The notes: a model not told the origin generated them from the sequence alone. Positions 1-11,063 are shown, counted from the first letter of the stretch. The stretch: DNA of 32,000 nt from Mycolicibacterium smegmatis (GCF_001457595.1 NZ_LN831039.1:3360001-3392000), one strand, 5' to 3'. A program made the numbers and translations.

Positions 1-19
1 AGGGCGAAGGAGAAGCCCG

Positions 20-808
20 ATGAGCCGACTGGGCGCAATGTTCGACAGCTGCCGCGCCGAAGACCGCGCCGCGCTGATCGGTTACCTGCCGACCGGGTTC
101 CCCGATGTGCCGACCTCGATCGCCGCGATGACCGCACTGGTCGAATCCGGTTGCGATCTGGTCGAAGTCGGCGTCCCGTACTCCGATCCCGGCATGGACG
201 GCCCGACGATCGCCGCGGCGACCGAGACGGCGCTCGCCGGCGGGGTCAAGGTGCGTGACACCCTGACCGCAGTCGAGGCCATCAGCAACGCTGGCGGCCG
301 CGCCGTGGTGATGACGTACTGGAATCCGGTGCTGCGCAAGGGTGTCGACGCCTTTGCGCGTGACCTGGCCAATGCGGGCGGCTACGGTCTGATCACCCCG
401 GACCTGATCCCCGAGGAAGCCGACGAGTGGATGGCGGCTTCCGAGGCGAACGACCTCGACCGCATCTTCCTGGTCGCCCCGTCGTCGACGCACGAACGCC
501 TCGCCAAGACCATCGAGGTGAGCCGCGGATTCGTCTACGCCGCCTCGACCATGGGTGTGACCGGCGCCCGCGACGCGGTGTCGTCGTCGGCCCCCGAACT
601 GGTGCGGCGCATCCGCGAGGTGTCCGACATCCCGGTCGGGGTCGGCCTCGGCGTGCGTTCAGGTGAGCAGGCCGCCCAGATCGGGTCGTACAGTGACGGC
701 GTGATCGTGGGCTCGGCATTGGTCGCCGCACTGCAGGACGGTGTGGATGCGGTGAGCCGCCTGACCGAAGAACTCGCCGGTGGTGTTCGGCGGAGGGTGT
801 CAGCTTGA
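20..808 (+). CDS. trpA: Tryptophan synthase alpha subunit
   Basis: Full-length ORF, 262 aa, with TrpA motifs (LIGYLPTGFPD, VEVGVPYSDPGMDGPTI, GVTGARDAVSS, PVGVGLGV). Stop overlaps the TTG start of lgt (TTGA). Confidence 0.97.
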   Translation: MSRLGAMFDSCRAEDRAALIGYLPTGFPDVPTSIAAMTALVESGCDLVEVGVPYSDPGMDGPTIAAATETALAGGVKVRDTLTAVEAISNAGGRAVVMTYWNPVLRKGVDAFARDLANAGGYGLITPDLIPEEADEWMAASEANDLDRIFLVAPSSTHERLAKTIEVSRGFVYAASTMGVTGARDAVSSSAPELVRRIREVSDIPVGVGLGVRSGEQAAQIGSYSDGVIVGSALVAALQDGVDAVSRLTEELAGGVRRRVSA

Positions 809-2628
809 CCACAACCGTGCTCGCATACCTGCCCAGCCCCTCTCAGGGCGTCTGGCATCTGGGCCCGGTACCGATCCGCGCGTACGCGCTCTGCATCATC
901 GTCGGCATCGTCGCCGCGCTGGTCATCGGTGACCGTCGTTGGCAGGCCCGGGGTGGCGAGCCCGGCGTCATCTACGACATCGCGCTGTGGGCCGTGCCGT
1001 TCGGCCTGGCCGGTGGCCGGATCTACCACGTCATCACCGACTGGAAGACCTACTTCGGGCCCACCGGAAAAGGTTTCGGCGCGGCTCTGCAGATCTGGGA
1101 GGGCGGCCTCGGGATCTGGGGCGCGGTGGCGTTCGGTGCGGTGGGCGCGTGGATCGCCTGCCGCCTGCGCGGAATTCCCCTGCCCGCGTTCGGCGATGCG
1201 ATCGCGCCGGGCATCATCCTGGCGCAGGGCATCGGCCGGCTGGGCAACTACTTCAACCAGGAGCTTTACGGCCGGCCCACCGACGTGCCGTGGGGTCTGG
1301 AGATCTACGAACGGCTCAACAAGTTCGGGCAGTCCGATCAGCTCAACGGGGTGTCCACAGGCCAGGTCACGGCCGTGGTCCACCCCACGTTCCTGTACGA
1401 GTTGATCTGGAACATCGCGGTTTTCGGCTTCCTCATCTGGGTCGACCGCAAGTTCCGCATCGGTCATGGACGGCTGTTCGCCCTCTACGTGGCGTCGTAC
1501 TGCGTGGGCCGGTTCTGGGTCGAGTTGATGCGCAGCGACACCGCGACCGAGTTCGCCGGCATCCGCGTCAACACCTTCACCTCGACGTTCGTGTTCATCG
1601 GCGCCGTCGTCTACATCATGCTCGCACCCAAGGGCCGCGAGGAACCGGAATCGTTGCGTGGCAAGGCCGCCGACGAGACCGAAGAGGGCGACGAGGAGTC
1701 CCTGGTCGACGAGGCAGGCAAAGAACTGGTGGCGGCCGCCGCCGGAACCGGGGTGGTGGCTGCCGCCACGGCCGCGGCACGTGAGGACACCGACGACACC
1801 GACGGGACCACCGACCCCGCCGCGGCGTCCGACGAACCCGGCGACGAGGCCGAACCCGAAACCGAAGCGGCCACCGCGGTACTCACCGCGGATGGCGCCG
1901 AGGCCATGTCGGTCGACGAACAGCCCGACGATGACGAGGCCGTCGACGAAGGAGCCGGTCAGGAAGCCGAAGAACCGGCCGACGAGCTCGTCGAACTCGC
2001 CGACGAACCGGAAGGTGAGCCCGAACCCGCCGCCGCCGAGGAAGCCGAGCCGGCCGAGACCATCGAGCCCGACGAGGACGAGATTTTCGACGCCGAATTG
2101 GCTGAGGCGCTGGCGGAGGCTGCCGAGGACTTCGCCGTGGTGCCCGAGTCCGCCGGGTCCGACGAAGCCGAGGTGGCTGCGGCGGAATCGGCGGCGGACG
2201 CCGAGGACGGGCCTTCCGATGCCGAGTCGGCCGAGGTGCCGGCGGAGGCCGCGGCCGACGATGCCGTGGTGTCCGAGCCCGCCGGAACAGTCGACGAAAC
2301 CGAGGTCGCCGAAGAGGCTGCCGCCGAAGCGGCGGACCTCGAGTTCGAGTCCTACGACGCCGAGTTGGCCGAAGCGCTCGCGGAGGCTGCGGAGGACATG
2401 GCCGTGGTCGTCGACCCGGCCGAGACAGCCGAGTCCGACGAAGCCCGTGAGCCCGTCGAGACCGATGCCACGGAGTCCGAGGAACCGAGCGAACCCGAAG
2501 AGCCGGAAGCCCTAGACGAGAACGCCGACGAGACACGCGCAGAACCCGCTGCGCCCGCTGCGGTGGCAACTGCGCCGGTCGAGCCGGAAAAGGGGCGCCT
2601 GCGCCGGTGGTTGCGGCGCAACCGCTAG
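805..2628 (+). CDS. lgt: Prolipoprotein diacylglyceryl transferase with ~330 aa acidic Glu/Ala-rich C-terminal extension
   Basis: N-terminal part has Lgt features (YALCIIVGIVAALVIG, GGLGIWGAVAFGAVGAW, GRLGNYFNQELYG, HPTFLYELIWN, GRFWVELMRSD). TTG start at 805 overlaps trpA stop. Confidence 0.95.
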   Translation: MTTTVLAYLPSPSQGVWHLGPVPIRAYALCIIVGIVAALVIGDRRWQARGGEPGVIYDIALWAVPFGLAGGRIYHVITDWKTYFGPTGKGFGAALQIWEGGLGIWGAVAFGAVGAWIACRLRGIPLPAFGDAIAPGIILAQGIGRLGNYFNQELYGRPTDVPWGLEIYERLNKFGQSDQLNGVSTGQVTAVVHPTFLYELIWNIAVFGFLIWVDRKFRIGHGRLFALYVASYCVGRFWVELMRSDTATEFAGIRVNTFTSTFVFIGAVVYIMLAPKGREEPESLRGKAADETEEGDEESLVDEAGKELVAAAAGTGVVAAATAAAREDTDDTDGTTDPAAASDEPGDEAEPETEAATAVLTADGAEAMSVDEQPDDDEAVDEGAGQEAEEPADELVELADEPEGEPEPAAAEEAEPAETIEPDEDEIFDAELAEALAEAAEDFAVVPESAGSDEAEVAAAESAADAEDGPSDAESAEVPAEAAADDAVVSEPAGTVDETEVAEEAAAEAADLEFESYDAELAEALAEAAEDMAVVVDPAETAESDEAREPVETDATESEEPSEPEEPEALDENADETRAEPAAPAAVATAPVEPEKGRLRRWLRRNR

Positions 2629-2652
2629 CCGGGCCTCTGGCATCCTGGCTGT

Positions 2653-3042
2653 ATGACTGACTCACCGTCGTCCGGGGGCTCCTACGACGCGGGATCGCCT
2701 CCGCCCTACCCACCGCCCGCGGGCTATCCGCCGCCTCCTCCTGGCTATCCGCCGGTGTACGGCGACCCGACCGCGCCGTACGGCAGGCACCCCGTCACCG
2801 GTGAGCCGTTCTCGGACAAGTCCAAGATCGTCGCGGGCCTGTTGCAGTTGATCGGCCTGGTCGGTTTCGTCGGGTTCGGGCGGATCTATCTGGGGCAGAC
2901 CGGGCTCGGCATCGCGCAGCTGATCGTGGGCCTGGTGACGTGTGGCATCGGTGCCTTCATCTGGGGCATCGTCGATGCGATCCTCATCCTCACCGACAAG
3001 GTGCGCGACCCGTACGGCCGCCCGCTGCGCGATGGAACCTAG
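2653..3042 (+). CDS. TM2 domain-containing membrane protein with Pro/Tyr/Gly-rich N-terminus
   Basis: PPYPPPAGYPPPPPG N-terminus followed by KSKIVAGLLQLIGLVGFVGFGRIYLGQTGLGIAQLI..GIGAFIWGIVDAILIL, a typical TM2 pattern. Confidence 0.85.
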   Translation: MTDSPSSGGSYDAGSPPPYPPPAGYPPPPPGYPPVYGDPTAPYGRHPVTGEPFSDKSKIVAGLLQLIGLVGFVGFGRIYLGQTGLGIAQLIVGLVTCGIGAFIWGIVDAILILTDKVRDPYGRPLRDGT

Positions 3043-3445
3043 CGAACGGATCGACCACCTTCGCACGCGCCGCGCGGCGCTCGGCGCGGGTGCGCTGTTC
3101 GCCGGCGCGCTCGCCTACCTCGGATTCGCCGATCCGCACCGGCCGGGCTTCCTGTTCCCGCCGTGCCCGTTCAAGATGCTCACGGGCTGGGACTGCCCTG
3201 GGTGCGGCGGACTGCGCATGACGCACGACCTGCTGCACGGCGACGTGGCGGCCGCGGTCGTCGACAACGTGTTCGCGCTGGTCGCCCTGCCGGTGCTGCT
3301 CGCCTGGGCGATCGTGCGGCGACGCTCGGGAAAGCCGGTGTTCACGGTGGCGGTCGTCGCTGTGATCTTGGTGTCGGCCGCCGTGTGGACCGTCACGCGC
3401 AATCTGCCCGGGTTCCCGCTGGTGCCGACGATGCTGCCTTCGTAG
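3032..3445 (+). CDS. DUF2752-type small membrane protein
   Basis: [28 protein letters not shown] motif. Likely ATG start at 3032, overlapping the TM2 ORF by 11 nt. Confidence 0.85.
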   Translation: MEPSERIDHLRTRRAALGAGALFAGALAYLGFADPHRPGFLFPPCPFKMLTGWDCPGCGGLRMTHDLLHGDVAAAVVDNVFALVALPVLLAWAIVRRRSGKPVFTVAVVAVILVSAAVWTVTRNLPGFPLVPTMLPS

Positions 3446-3464
3446 GCGGTTACCTGCACTGATA

Positions 3465-3470
3465 CACTGG
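3465..3470 (+). promoter_or_regulatory. Candidate -10 element (TACACT) for gltB
   Basis: TAnnnT hexamer about 60 nt upstream of the GTG at 3531. No clear -35. Confidence 0.45.
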
Positions 3471-3485
3471 TCGAGCGGGCCGGTG

Positions 3486-3520
3486 CAGTCCCGGGACCTG
3501 GAAGTTCCGGACTGTGGAGG
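3486..3520 (+). promoter_or_regulatory. gltB 5' leader hairpin immediately followed by the Shine-Dalgarno GGAGG
   Basis: CAGTCC(C)GGGAC-CTGGAA-GTTCCGGACTG folds as an 11-bp stem (one G.U, one bulged C, 6-nt loop), with GGAGG at 3516-3520 and GTG at 3531. Confidence 0.5.
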
Positions 3521-3530
3521 TGCAATCCCA

Positions 3531-6500
3531 GTGCTCTACTCGGCGTTGCCAGACGCTCAGGGTCTATATGACCCGCAAAATGAGGCCGATTCGTGCGGTG
3601 TCGCGATGATCGCCGACATCCAGGGGCGCAAGTCGCACCGAATCGTCTCCGACGGCCTGATCGCACTGGAGAACCTCGAACATCGCGGCGCGGCCGGTGC
3701 GGAGGCCTCCAGCGGCGACGGCGCGGGCATCCTGATCCAGCTCCCCGTCGAATTGCTCCGCGAGGTGGTCGATTTCGAGCTGCCCGCTCCCACAGCCGAT
3801 GGTGACAACACCTTCGCTGCCGGTGTGTGCTTCCTGCCGCAGGATCCCGTGGCGCGGTCGGCCGCGCGTGAGCGCATCGAGGCGATCGCCGTCGAAGAAG
3901 GTCTTGAGGTGCTCGGGTGGCGCAAGCTGCCGGTCGACCCCGACGGCGCAGGCATCGGTGCGACGGCACTGGGCTGCATGCCGTACATGGCGCAGTTCTT
4001 CGTGACGGCTCCGGAGACCGGGGGAGCGCGGCCCGCCGGCATCGACCTGGACCGGCTGGTCTATCCGGTGCGCAAGCGGGCCGAACGCGAGGACGTGTAC
4101 TTCCCCACACTGTCCAGCCGCACCATGGTCTACAAGGGCATGTTGACGACGATGCAGCTGCCCCAGTACTTCCTGGATCTGCGTGACGAGCGGTGCCAGA
4201 GCGCGATCGCCATCGTGCACTCCCGCTTCTCCACCAACACCTTCCCGTCGTGGCCGCTGGCGCACCCCTTCCGGTTCGTCGCCCACAACGGCGAGATCAA
4301 CACCGTGCGCGGCAACCGCAACCGGATGCATGCGCGTGAGGCCAAGCTGGCCAGCCCGCTGATCCCCGGCGATCTGAGCCGCCTGTCACCCATCTGTTCA
4401 CCCGAGGCCTCCGACTCGGCGTCGTTCGACGAGGTGCTGGAGTTGCTGCACCTCGGTGGGCGCAGCCTCCCGCACGCGGTGTTGATGATGATCCCCGAGG
4501 CGTGGGAGAACGCGACCACGATGGGCGCCGCCGAGCGCGCGTTCTGGCAGTTCCACGCCTCGCTCATGGAACCGTGGGACGGCCCGGCGTGTGTGACGTT
4601 CACCGACGGCACCGTCGTCGGTGCGGTCCTCGACCGCAACGGTCTGCGCCCCGGACGCTGGTGGCGCACCGTCGACGACAGGGTCATCCTGGCCAGCGAG
4701 GCCGGCGTGCTCGACGTGCCGTCGGGCGAGATCGTCGCGAAGGGCCGGCTGCAGCCGGGCAAGATGTTCCTGATCGACACCGCGGCCGGCCGCATCGTGC
4801 CGGACGACGAGATCAAGGCCCAGCTGTCGGCCGCCGAACCGTACGAGGAATGGCTGCACGCGGGTCTGCTGGACCTCAAGACCCTGCCGGAGCGCGGGGT
4901 CGCAAAACCCAACCACGACTCGGTGGTGCGGCGCCAGATCGCCTTCGGCTACACCGAGGAGGAACTGCGCGTCCTGCTCACCCCGATGGCCGCGTCGGGC
5001 AACGAGCCGCTCGGCTCGATGGGCACCGACACCCCCACCGCGGTGCTGTCGTCACGCTCACGGCTGCTCTACGACTACTTCGTCGAACTGTTCGCGCAGG
5101 TGACCAACCCGCCGCTGGACGCGATCCGTGAAGAGGTCGTCACCTCGATGGCCCGCGTCATGGGGCCCGAGGAGAACCTGCTGGAGCCGACGGCGGCCTC
5201 GTGCCGCCAGATCGTGCTGCGCGCACCGGTGATCGACAACGACGACCTGGGCAAGATCGTCCACATCAACGACGACGGCGAGCATCCCGGGCTTCGCGCC
5301 ACGGTGCTGCGCGCGCTGTACGACGTCGAACGCGGCGGTGAGGGGCTCGCCGAGGCGCTCGACGACCTGCGGCGTCGGGCCAGTGAGGCGATCGCCGACG
5401 GCAAGCGGATCCTGGTGATCTCCGATCGCGACTCCGACCACACCCGCGCACCCATCCCGTCGCTGCTCGCGGTGTCGGCGGTGCACCACCACCTGGTGCG
5501 CACCAAGGAACGCACCAAGGTGGCGCTCGTGGTGGAGAGCGGCGACGCCCGCGAGGTCCACCACATCGCGTTGCTCATCGGTTTCGGTGCGGCCGCGGTG
5601 AACCCGTACCTGGCATTCGAGTCGATCGAGGACCTCATCCGCGAGGGCGAGCTCACCGGCATCGAACCGGCCGCCGCGGTGCGCAACTACATCAAGGCGC
5701 TGTGCAAGGGCGTGGTCAAGGTGATGAGCAAGATGGGCATCTCCACGGTCGCGTCCTACACCGCCGCGCAGGTTTTCGAGGCGATCGGCCTGGACCGCGG
5801 TGTGATCGACGAGTACTTCACCGGCACCACCAGCCAGCTCGGCGGTGTCGGGCTCGACGTGCTCGCCGACGAGGTCAAGATGCGGCATCGCCGTGCCTAC
5901 CCCGAGAACCCCACCGAACGGGTGCACCGCAGGCTCGAGGTGGGCGGTGAGTACGCGTTCCGTCGTGAGGGCGAGCTTCACCTGTTCACCCCGGAAGTGG
6001 TGTTCCTGCTTCAGCATTCGACGCGCACCGGCCGGCGTGACATCTTCGCGAAGTACTCCGAGGAGGTCGACCGGCTGTCCCGCAAGGGCGGCACGCTGCG
6101 CGGGCTGTTCGAGTTGAAGACGGGCGTGCGCCCCCCGGTTCCGCTCGAAGAGGTCGAGCCGGTCGAGTCGATCGTCACCCGGTTCAACACCGGCGCCATG
6201 AGCTACGGGTCGATCTCGGCCGAGGCCCACGAGACCATGGCGATCGCGATGAACAAGCTGGGTGGGCGGTCCAACAGCGGCGAGGGCGGCGAAGACGTCG
6301 ACCGCCTCTACGATCCGCGCAGGCGCAGCGCGGTCAAGCAGGTCGCGTCGGGACGTTTCGGTGTCACCAGCGACTATCTGGTGAATGCCACCGACATCCA
6401 GATCAAGATGGCTCAAGGCGCGAAACCCGGTGAGGGCGGTCAGCTTCCGGGCTACAAGGTGTATCCCAACATCGCCAAGACCCGCCATTCCACTCCGGGT

Positions 6501-8087
6501 GTCGGGCTGATCTCGCCGCCGCCGCACCACGACATCTACTCCATCGAGGATCTCGCTCAGCTGATCCACGACCTGAAGAACGCCAACTCCGACGCCCGCA
6601 TCCACGTCAAGCTCGTCAGCAGCGTCGGGGTGGGCACGGTCGCGGCCGGTGTGTCGAAGGCGCACGCGGACGTGGTGCTGATCTCCGGGCACGACGGCGG
6701 CACCGGCGCGGCGCCGTTGACCTCGCTCAAGCACGCGGGCGCGCCATGGGAGATCGGCCTGGCCGACACCCAGCAGACGTTGGTGCTCAACGGTTTGCGG
6801 GACCGCATCACCGTGCAGTGCGACGGTGGTCTGCGCACCGCGCGTGACGTCGTCGTCGCCATGCTCCTTGGGGCCGAGGAATACGGCTTCGCGACAGCGC
6901 CCCTGGTGGTCTCGGGCTGCATCATGATGCGGGTGTGTCATCTCGACACCTGCCCGGTCGGTGTCGCGACGCAGAACCCCGAGCTGCGGGCCCGCTTCAA
7001 CGGCAAACCCGAATTCGTGGAGAACTTCTTCACGTTCATCGCCGAGGACATCCGCAGGTACCTGGCCGAACTGGGTTTCCGCAGCATCGACGAGGCCGTC
7101 GGGCACGCCGAACTGCTCGACACCGCAGAAGGTGTGGCGCACTGGAAGACTCGTGGCCTGGATCTGGACCCCATTTTCGCGGTGCCCACCGACGCCCATG
7201 GCGCCAAGCTCACGCAGCGCCGCAAACTGCGCGAACAGGACCACGGACTCGATCAGGCCCTGGACCGCACCCTCATCCAGCTGGCCGAAGGGGCGCTGGA
7301 AGACGCCCATGCGGTGCGGCTGGAACTGCCGGTGCGCAACGTCAACCGCACCGTCGGCACCCTGCTGGGGTCGGAGGTGACGCGCCGCTACGGCGCCGCG
7401 GGGCTGCCCGACGACACGATCCACGTCACGCTGACCGGATCGGCCGGTCAGTCGATCGGTGCGTTCCTGCCGCCGGGCATCACGCTCGAGCTGGTCGGTG
7501 ACGCCAACGACTATGTCGGCAAGGGACTTTCCGGCGGACGTGTGGTCGTGCGGCCACCGGACGACGTGCTGTTCCTGCCGGAGGACAACGTCATAGCAGG
7601 CAACACCCTGATGTACGGCGCCACCTCGGGTGAGGTGTACCTGCGCGGACGGGTCGGGGAACGCTTCTGCGCCCGCAACTCCGGGGCTCTCGCGGTCGTC
7701 GAGGGCGTCGGCGATCACGCCTGCGAGTACATGACCGGCGGCCGGGTGGTCATCCTCGGCAAGACGGGGCGCAACATGGCGGCAGGCATGTCCGGCGGCA
7801 TCGCCTTCGTGCTGGGGCTGGACCCGGCGAGGGTGAACACCGAGATGGTGCAGCTGCAGCGGCTCGATCCCGAGGACCTGGAGTGGTTGCACCACGTGGT
7901 CACCCACCACGTGCGCTACACCGGGAGCACGCTGGGCACCTCGCTGTTGTCCGACTGGCCAAGGCGCAGTGCCCAATTCACCAAGATAATGCCCACCGAC
8001 TATCAGCGCGTCCTGCAGGCGACCCGCATGGCCAAGGCCGAGGGCCGGGACGTCGACAGCGCGATCATGGAGGCCAGCCGTGGCTGA
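3531..8087 (+). CDS. gltB: Glutamate synthase (NADPH) large subunit
   Basis: Class II amidotransferase N-terminus ([13 protein letters not shown]), central FMN domain ([21 protein letters not shown]), C-terminal GXGXG repeats. The track starts at 3483, but GGAGG (3516-3520) supports GTG at 3531. Confidence 0.95.
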   Translation: MLYSALPDAQGLYDPQNEADSCGVAMIADIQGRKSHRIVSDGLIALENLEHRGAAGAEASSGDGAGILIQLPVELLREVVDFELPAPTADGDNTFAAGVCFLPQDPVARSAARERIEAIAVEEGLEVLGWRKLPVDPDGAGIGATALGCMPYMAQFFVTAPETGGARPAGIDLDRLVYPVRKRAEREDVYFPTLSSRTMVYKGMLTTMQLPQYFLDLRDERCQSAIAIVHSRFSTNTFPSWPLAHPFRFVAHNGEINTVRGNRNRMHAREAKLASPLIPGDLSRLSPICSPEASDSASFDEVLELLHLGGRSLPHAVLMMIPEAWENATTMGAAERAFWQFHASLMEPWDGPACVTFTDGTVVGAVLDRNGLRPGRWWRTVDDRVILASEAGVLDVPSGEIVAKGRLQPGKMFLIDTAAGRIVPDDEIKAQLSAAEPYEEWLHAGLLDLKTLPERGVAKPNHDSVVRRQIAFGYTEEELRVLLTPMAASGNEPLGSMGTDTPTAVLSSRSRLLYDYFVELFAQVTNPPLDAIREEVVTSMARVMGPEENLLEPTAASCRQIVLRAPVIDNDDLGKIVHINDDGEHPGLRATVLRALYDVERGGEGLAEALDDLRRRASEAIADGKRILVISDRDSDHTRAPIPSLLAVSAVHHHLVRTKERTKVALVVESGDAREVHHIALLIGFGAAAVNPYLAFESIEDLIREGELTGIEPAAAVRNYIKALCKGVVKVMSKMGISTVASYTAAQVFEAIGLDRGVIDEYFTGTTSQLGGVGLDVLADEVKMRHRRAYPENPTERVHRRLEVGGEYAFRREGELHLFTPEVVFLLQHSTRTGRRDIFAKYSEEVDRLSRKGGTLRGLFELKTGVRPPVPLEEVEPVESIVTRFNTGAMSYGSISAEAHETMAIAMNKLGGRSNSGEGGEDVDRLYDPRRRSAVKQVASGRFGVTSDYLVNATDIQIKMAQGAKPGEGGQLPGYKVYPNIAKTRHSTPGVGLISPPPHHDIYSIEDLAQLIHDLKNANSDARIHVKLVSSVGVGTVAAGVSKAHADVVLISGHDGGTGAAPLTSLKHAGAPWEIGLADTQQTLVLNGLRDRITVQCDGGLRTARDVVVAMLLGAEEYGFATAPLVVSGCIMMRVCHLDTCPVGVATQNPELRARFNGKPEFVENFFTFIAEDIRRYLAELGFRSIDEAVGHAELLDTAEGVAHWKTRGLDLDPIFAVPTDAHGAKLTQRRKLREQDHGLDQALDRTLIQLAEGALEDAHAVRLELPVRNVNRTVGTLLGSEVTRRYGAAGLPDDTIHVTLTGSAGQSIGAFLPPGITLELVGDANDYVGKGLSGGRVVVRPPDDVLFLPEDNVIAGNTLMYGATSGEVYLRGRVGERFCARNSGALAVVEGVGDHACEYMTGGRVVILGKTGRNMAAGMSGGIAFVLGLDPARVNTEMVQLQRLDPEDLEWLHHVVTHHVRYTGSTLGTSLLSDWPRRSAQFTKIMPTDYQRVLQATRMAKAEGRDVDSAIMEASRG

Positions 8088-9582
8088 TCCCACCGGATTC
8101 CTACGTGTACCGAAGATCGAGGCCGCCAAGCGGCCCGTCGACGAACGTGTCGGCGACTGGCGTGAGGTGTACGAACGCCAGGACCCGCACGAGCGTGCGG
8201 GCGAGGTGTCGCAGCAGGCACGCCGCTGCATGGACTGCGGTATCCCGTTCTGTCACTCCGGAACTGCCGGGTGCCCGCTGGGCAACCTGATCCCGGAGTG
8301 GAACGACCTGGTGCGCCGCGGGCGCTGGGACGCCGCGAGCGACCGGTTGCACGCGACCAACAACTTCCCGGAGTTCACCGGACGGTTGTGCCCCGCGCCG
8401 TGTGAGGCGGCGTGCGTGCTGTCGATCTCCGAGGAGCACACCGGAGGCAGCGTCACCATCAAACGCATCGAGCAGTCCATCGCCGACCAGGCGTGGATGG
8501 ACGGCACGGTCGAACCGCAGCCGGCCCAGATCTCGACGGGCAAGAGCGTCGCGGTGGTCGGTTCGGGGCCTGCGGGACTCGCTGCGGCACAACAGCTCAC
8601 ACGCGCCGGGCACGAGGTGACGGTCTACGAGCGCGACGACCGGCTCGGCGGACTGCTGCGCTACGGCATCCCCGAGTACAAGCTGGAGAAGGCGACGCTG
8701 AACCAGCGGCTGGCGCAGATGCGCGCCGAGGGCACCCGGTTCGTCACCGAGTGCGAGGTCGGCGTCGACGTGTCGGTCGAGCAGTTGCGTAACCGGCACC
8801 AGGCCGTGGTGCTCGCCGTCGGCGCGCTGCGCGGCCGCGACAACGACGTGCCCGGGCGCGAACTGGCCGGGGTGCACCTGGCGATGGAGCATCTCGTGCC
8901 GGCCAACCGCGAGTGCGAGGGCGACGGCCCGTCGCCGATCTCGGCGGCAGGCAAGCACGTCGTCATCATCGGTGGCGGTGACACCGGCGCGGACTGCCTG
9001 GGCACCGCGCACCGTCAGGGCGCGGCGTCGGTGACGCAGCTCGACTACAACCCCGAGCCCCCCGAGCGGCGCGACGACACCCTGTCCCCGTGGCCGACGT
9101 GGCCGCTGGTGCTGCGCACCTCGCCCGCGCACGCCGAGGGTGGAGCACGGCGCTTCGAGGTGGCCGTCCAGCGCTTCGTGGGTGACGACAACGGCCATGT
9201 GCGTGCCGTCGAGATCGCCGAGGTGCGGGTCATCAGGGACGCCGAGGGACGTAGGCAGATCACGCCTGTGGGGGAGCCGCTGGAGATTCCCTGCGACCTG
9301 GCGCTGCTGGCGATCGGTTTCGAGGGTGTCGAGCACATGCCTCTGCTGGACGACCTCCACGTCGAGCTCAACAAGCGGGGCGCCATTCCGTGTGGCTCGG
9401 ACTGGCAGACCGACGCGCCTGGGGTGTTCGTGTGCGGTGACGCGCACCGCGGGGCCTCCCTGGTGGTGTGGGCCATCGCCGAGGGTCGCAGCGCCGCACA
9501 CGCCGTGGACGCCTACCTGATGGGCGAGTCGGATCTCCCGTCCCCGGTGCGTCCGGGCACGCTGCCCCTGGCCGTCGTCTGA
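8080..9582 (+). CDS. gltD: Glutamate synthase small subunit
   Basis: [59 protein letters not shown]. Starts within the end of gltB. Confidence 0.95.
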   Translation: MADPTGFLRVPKIEAAKRPVDERVGDWREVYERQDPHERAGEVSQQARRCMDCGIPFCHSGTAGCPLGNLIPEWNDLVRRGRWDAASDRLHATNNFPEFTGRLCPAPCEAACVLSISEEHTGGSVTIKRIEQSIADQAWMDGTVEPQPAQISTGKSVAVVGSGPAGLAAAQQLTRAGHEVTVYERDDRLGGLLRYGIPEYKLEKATLNQRLAQMRAEGTRFVTECEVGVDVSVEQLRNRHQAVVLAVGALRGRDNDVPGRELAGVHLAMEHLVPANRECEGDGPSPISAAGKHVVIIGGGDTGADCLGTAHRQGAASVTQLDYNPEPPERRDDTLSPWPTWPLVLRTSPAHAEGGARRFEVAVQRFVGDDNGHVRAVEIAEVRVIRDAEGRRQITPVGEPLEIPCDLALLAIGFEGVEHMPLLDDLHVELNKRGAIPCGSDWQTDAPGVFVCGDAHRGASLVVWAIAEGRSAAHAVDAYLMGESDLPSPVRPGTLPLAVV

Positions 9583-9607
9583 ATCGTCGTCTGAATCGAT
9601 CAACGAC

Positions 9608-9613
9608 TATGCT
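9608..9613 (+). promoter_or_regulatory. Candidate -10 (TATGCT) for pyk, near-leaderless
   Basis: TATGCT followed 8 nt later by the GTG at 9622. Confidence 0.45.
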
Positions 9614-9621
9614 CGGCAGAT

Positions 9622-11040
9622 GTGAGCAGACGCGGAAAGATCGTTTGTACGCTTGGCCCCGCCACCAGCACGGATGAGACCGTCAGGGCGCTGGTCGAGG
9701 CCGGGATGGATGTCGCGCGGCTGAACTTCAGCCACGGCGACTACAGCGACCACGAGGCCGCCTACAAGAGGGTGCGCGCGGCATCGGATGTCACGGGTCA
9801 TGCCGTCGGCATCATGGCCGACCTGCAGGGCCCCAAGATCCGGCTGGGCCGTTTCAAGGACGGCCCGACGTATTGGGCGACCGGTGAGACCGTGCGCATC
9901 ACCGTCGAGGACTGCGAGGGCACCCATGACCGCGTGTCCACCACCTACAAGCAACTCGCGCAGGACGCCGCCAAGGGTGACCGCCTGCTCGTCGACGACG
10001 GCAAGGTCGCGCTGAGGGTCGAAGAGGTCGACGGCGACGACGTCGTCTGCACGGTCACCGAGGGCGGCCCGGTGAGCAACAACAAGGGTGTGTCGCTGCC
10101 TGGCATGAACGTCTCCGTGCCGGCGATGTCCGAGAAGGACATCGAGGACCTGGAGTTCGCGGTGCGCCTCGGTGTCGACCTGGTCGCGCTGTCGTTCGTG
10201 CGTTCGCCCGCCGACATCGAACTGGTCCACGAGGTGATGGACCGCGTCGGCCGCCGCGTGCCCGTGATCGCCAAGCTGGAAAAGCCCGAGGCCATCGAGA
10301 ATCTCGAGGCTGTGGTGCTGGCGTTCGACGCCGTGATGGTCGCCCGCGGCGACCTGGGTGTCGAGCTCCCGCTGGAAGAGGTGCCGCTGGTTCAGAAGCG
10401 CGCCATCCAGATGGCCAGGGAGAATGCCAAACCGGTCATCGTCGCGACCCAGATGCTCGAGTCGATGATCGAGAACTCCCGGCCCACCCGCGCCGAGGCG
10501 TCCGACGTCGCCAACGCCGTGCTCGACGGTGCCGACGCGGTGATGCTGTCGGGGGAGACCTCGGTGGGCAAGTACCCGCTGGAGGCCGTGCGCACCATGG
10601 CCCGCATCATCCAAGCGGTCGAGGACAATTCGGTGGTCGTGCCGCCGCTGACCCACGTACCCCGCACCAAGCGCGGCGTGATCTCTTATGCCGCACGCGA
10701 TATCGGCGAACGCCTGGACGCCAAGGCGCTGGTCGCGTTCACGCAGTCCGGTGACACCGTGCGCCGCCTGGCGCGCCTGCACACCCCGCTGCCGGTGCTG
10801 GCGTTCACGGCGCTGCCCGAGGTCCGCAGCCAGCTCGCACTCACGTGGGGCACCGAGACGTTCATCGTCCCGCAGATGTCGAACACCGACGACATGATCC
10901 GGCAGGTCGACAAGTCGTTGCTCGAGCTCGGCCGCTACAAGCGCGGCGAGCTGGTGGTCATCGTCGCGGGTGCTCCTCCGGGCACAGTAGGCTCCACCAA
11001 TCTGATCCATGTGCATCGCATAGGAGAGGACGACGTCTAG
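9622..11040 (+). CDS. pyk: Pyruvate kinase
   Basis: KIVCTLGPATSTDETVRALVEAGMDVARLNFSHGDY, MVARGDLGVELPLEEVPLVQK, ATQMLESMIENSRPTRAEASDVANAVLDGADAVMLSGETS. Confidence 0.97.
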   Translation: MSRRGKIVCTLGPATSTDETVRALVEAGMDVARLNFSHGDYSDHEAAYKRVRAASDVTGHAVGIMADLQGPKIRLGRFKDGPTYWATGETVRITVEDCEGTHDRVSTTYKQLAQDAAKGDRLLVDDGKVALRVEEVDGDDVVCTVTEGGPVSNNKGVSLPGMNVSVPAMSEKDIEDLEFAVRLGVDLVALSFVRSPADIELVHEVMDRVGRRVPVIAKLEKPEAIENLEAVVLAFDAVMVARGDLGVELPLEEVPLVQKRAIQMARENAKPVIVATQMLESMIENSRPTRAEASDVANAVLDGADAVMLSGETSVGKYPLEAVRTMARIIQAVEDNSVVVPPLTHVPRTKRGVISYAARDIGERLDAKALVAFTQSGDTVRRLARLHTPLPVLAFTALPEVRSQLALTWGTETFIVPQMSNTDDMIRQVDKSLLELGRYKRGELVVIVAGAPPGTVGSTNLIHVHRIGEDDV

Positions 11041-11063
11041 GCGAGCTCACGGAAAGGGGTCCG

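Noticed and set aside
3486-3514. gltB leader hairpin as an ANTAR (PdtaR) target
   Set aside because: It has a 6-nt loop, but CUGGAA does not fit the A-x-x-x-G-x hexaloop pattern expected for ANTAR substrates, and no paired second hexaloop is evident.
3483-3530. N-terminal extension of GltB starting at GTG 3483 as in the ORF track
   Set aside because: A GGAGG at 3516-3520 positions initiation at GTG 3531, and the upstream codons coincide with a stable hairpin. Kept only as an alternative.
5058-8231. 1057-aa ORF on the minus strand opposite gltB, and the similar 469-503 aa antisense ORFs opposite pyk, gltD and the membrane protein
   Set aside because: High-GC third-position bias opens antisense frames. 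Their translations are low-complexity Arg/Ala/Gly/His-rich without domain motifs, while the opposite strand encodes clear enzymes.
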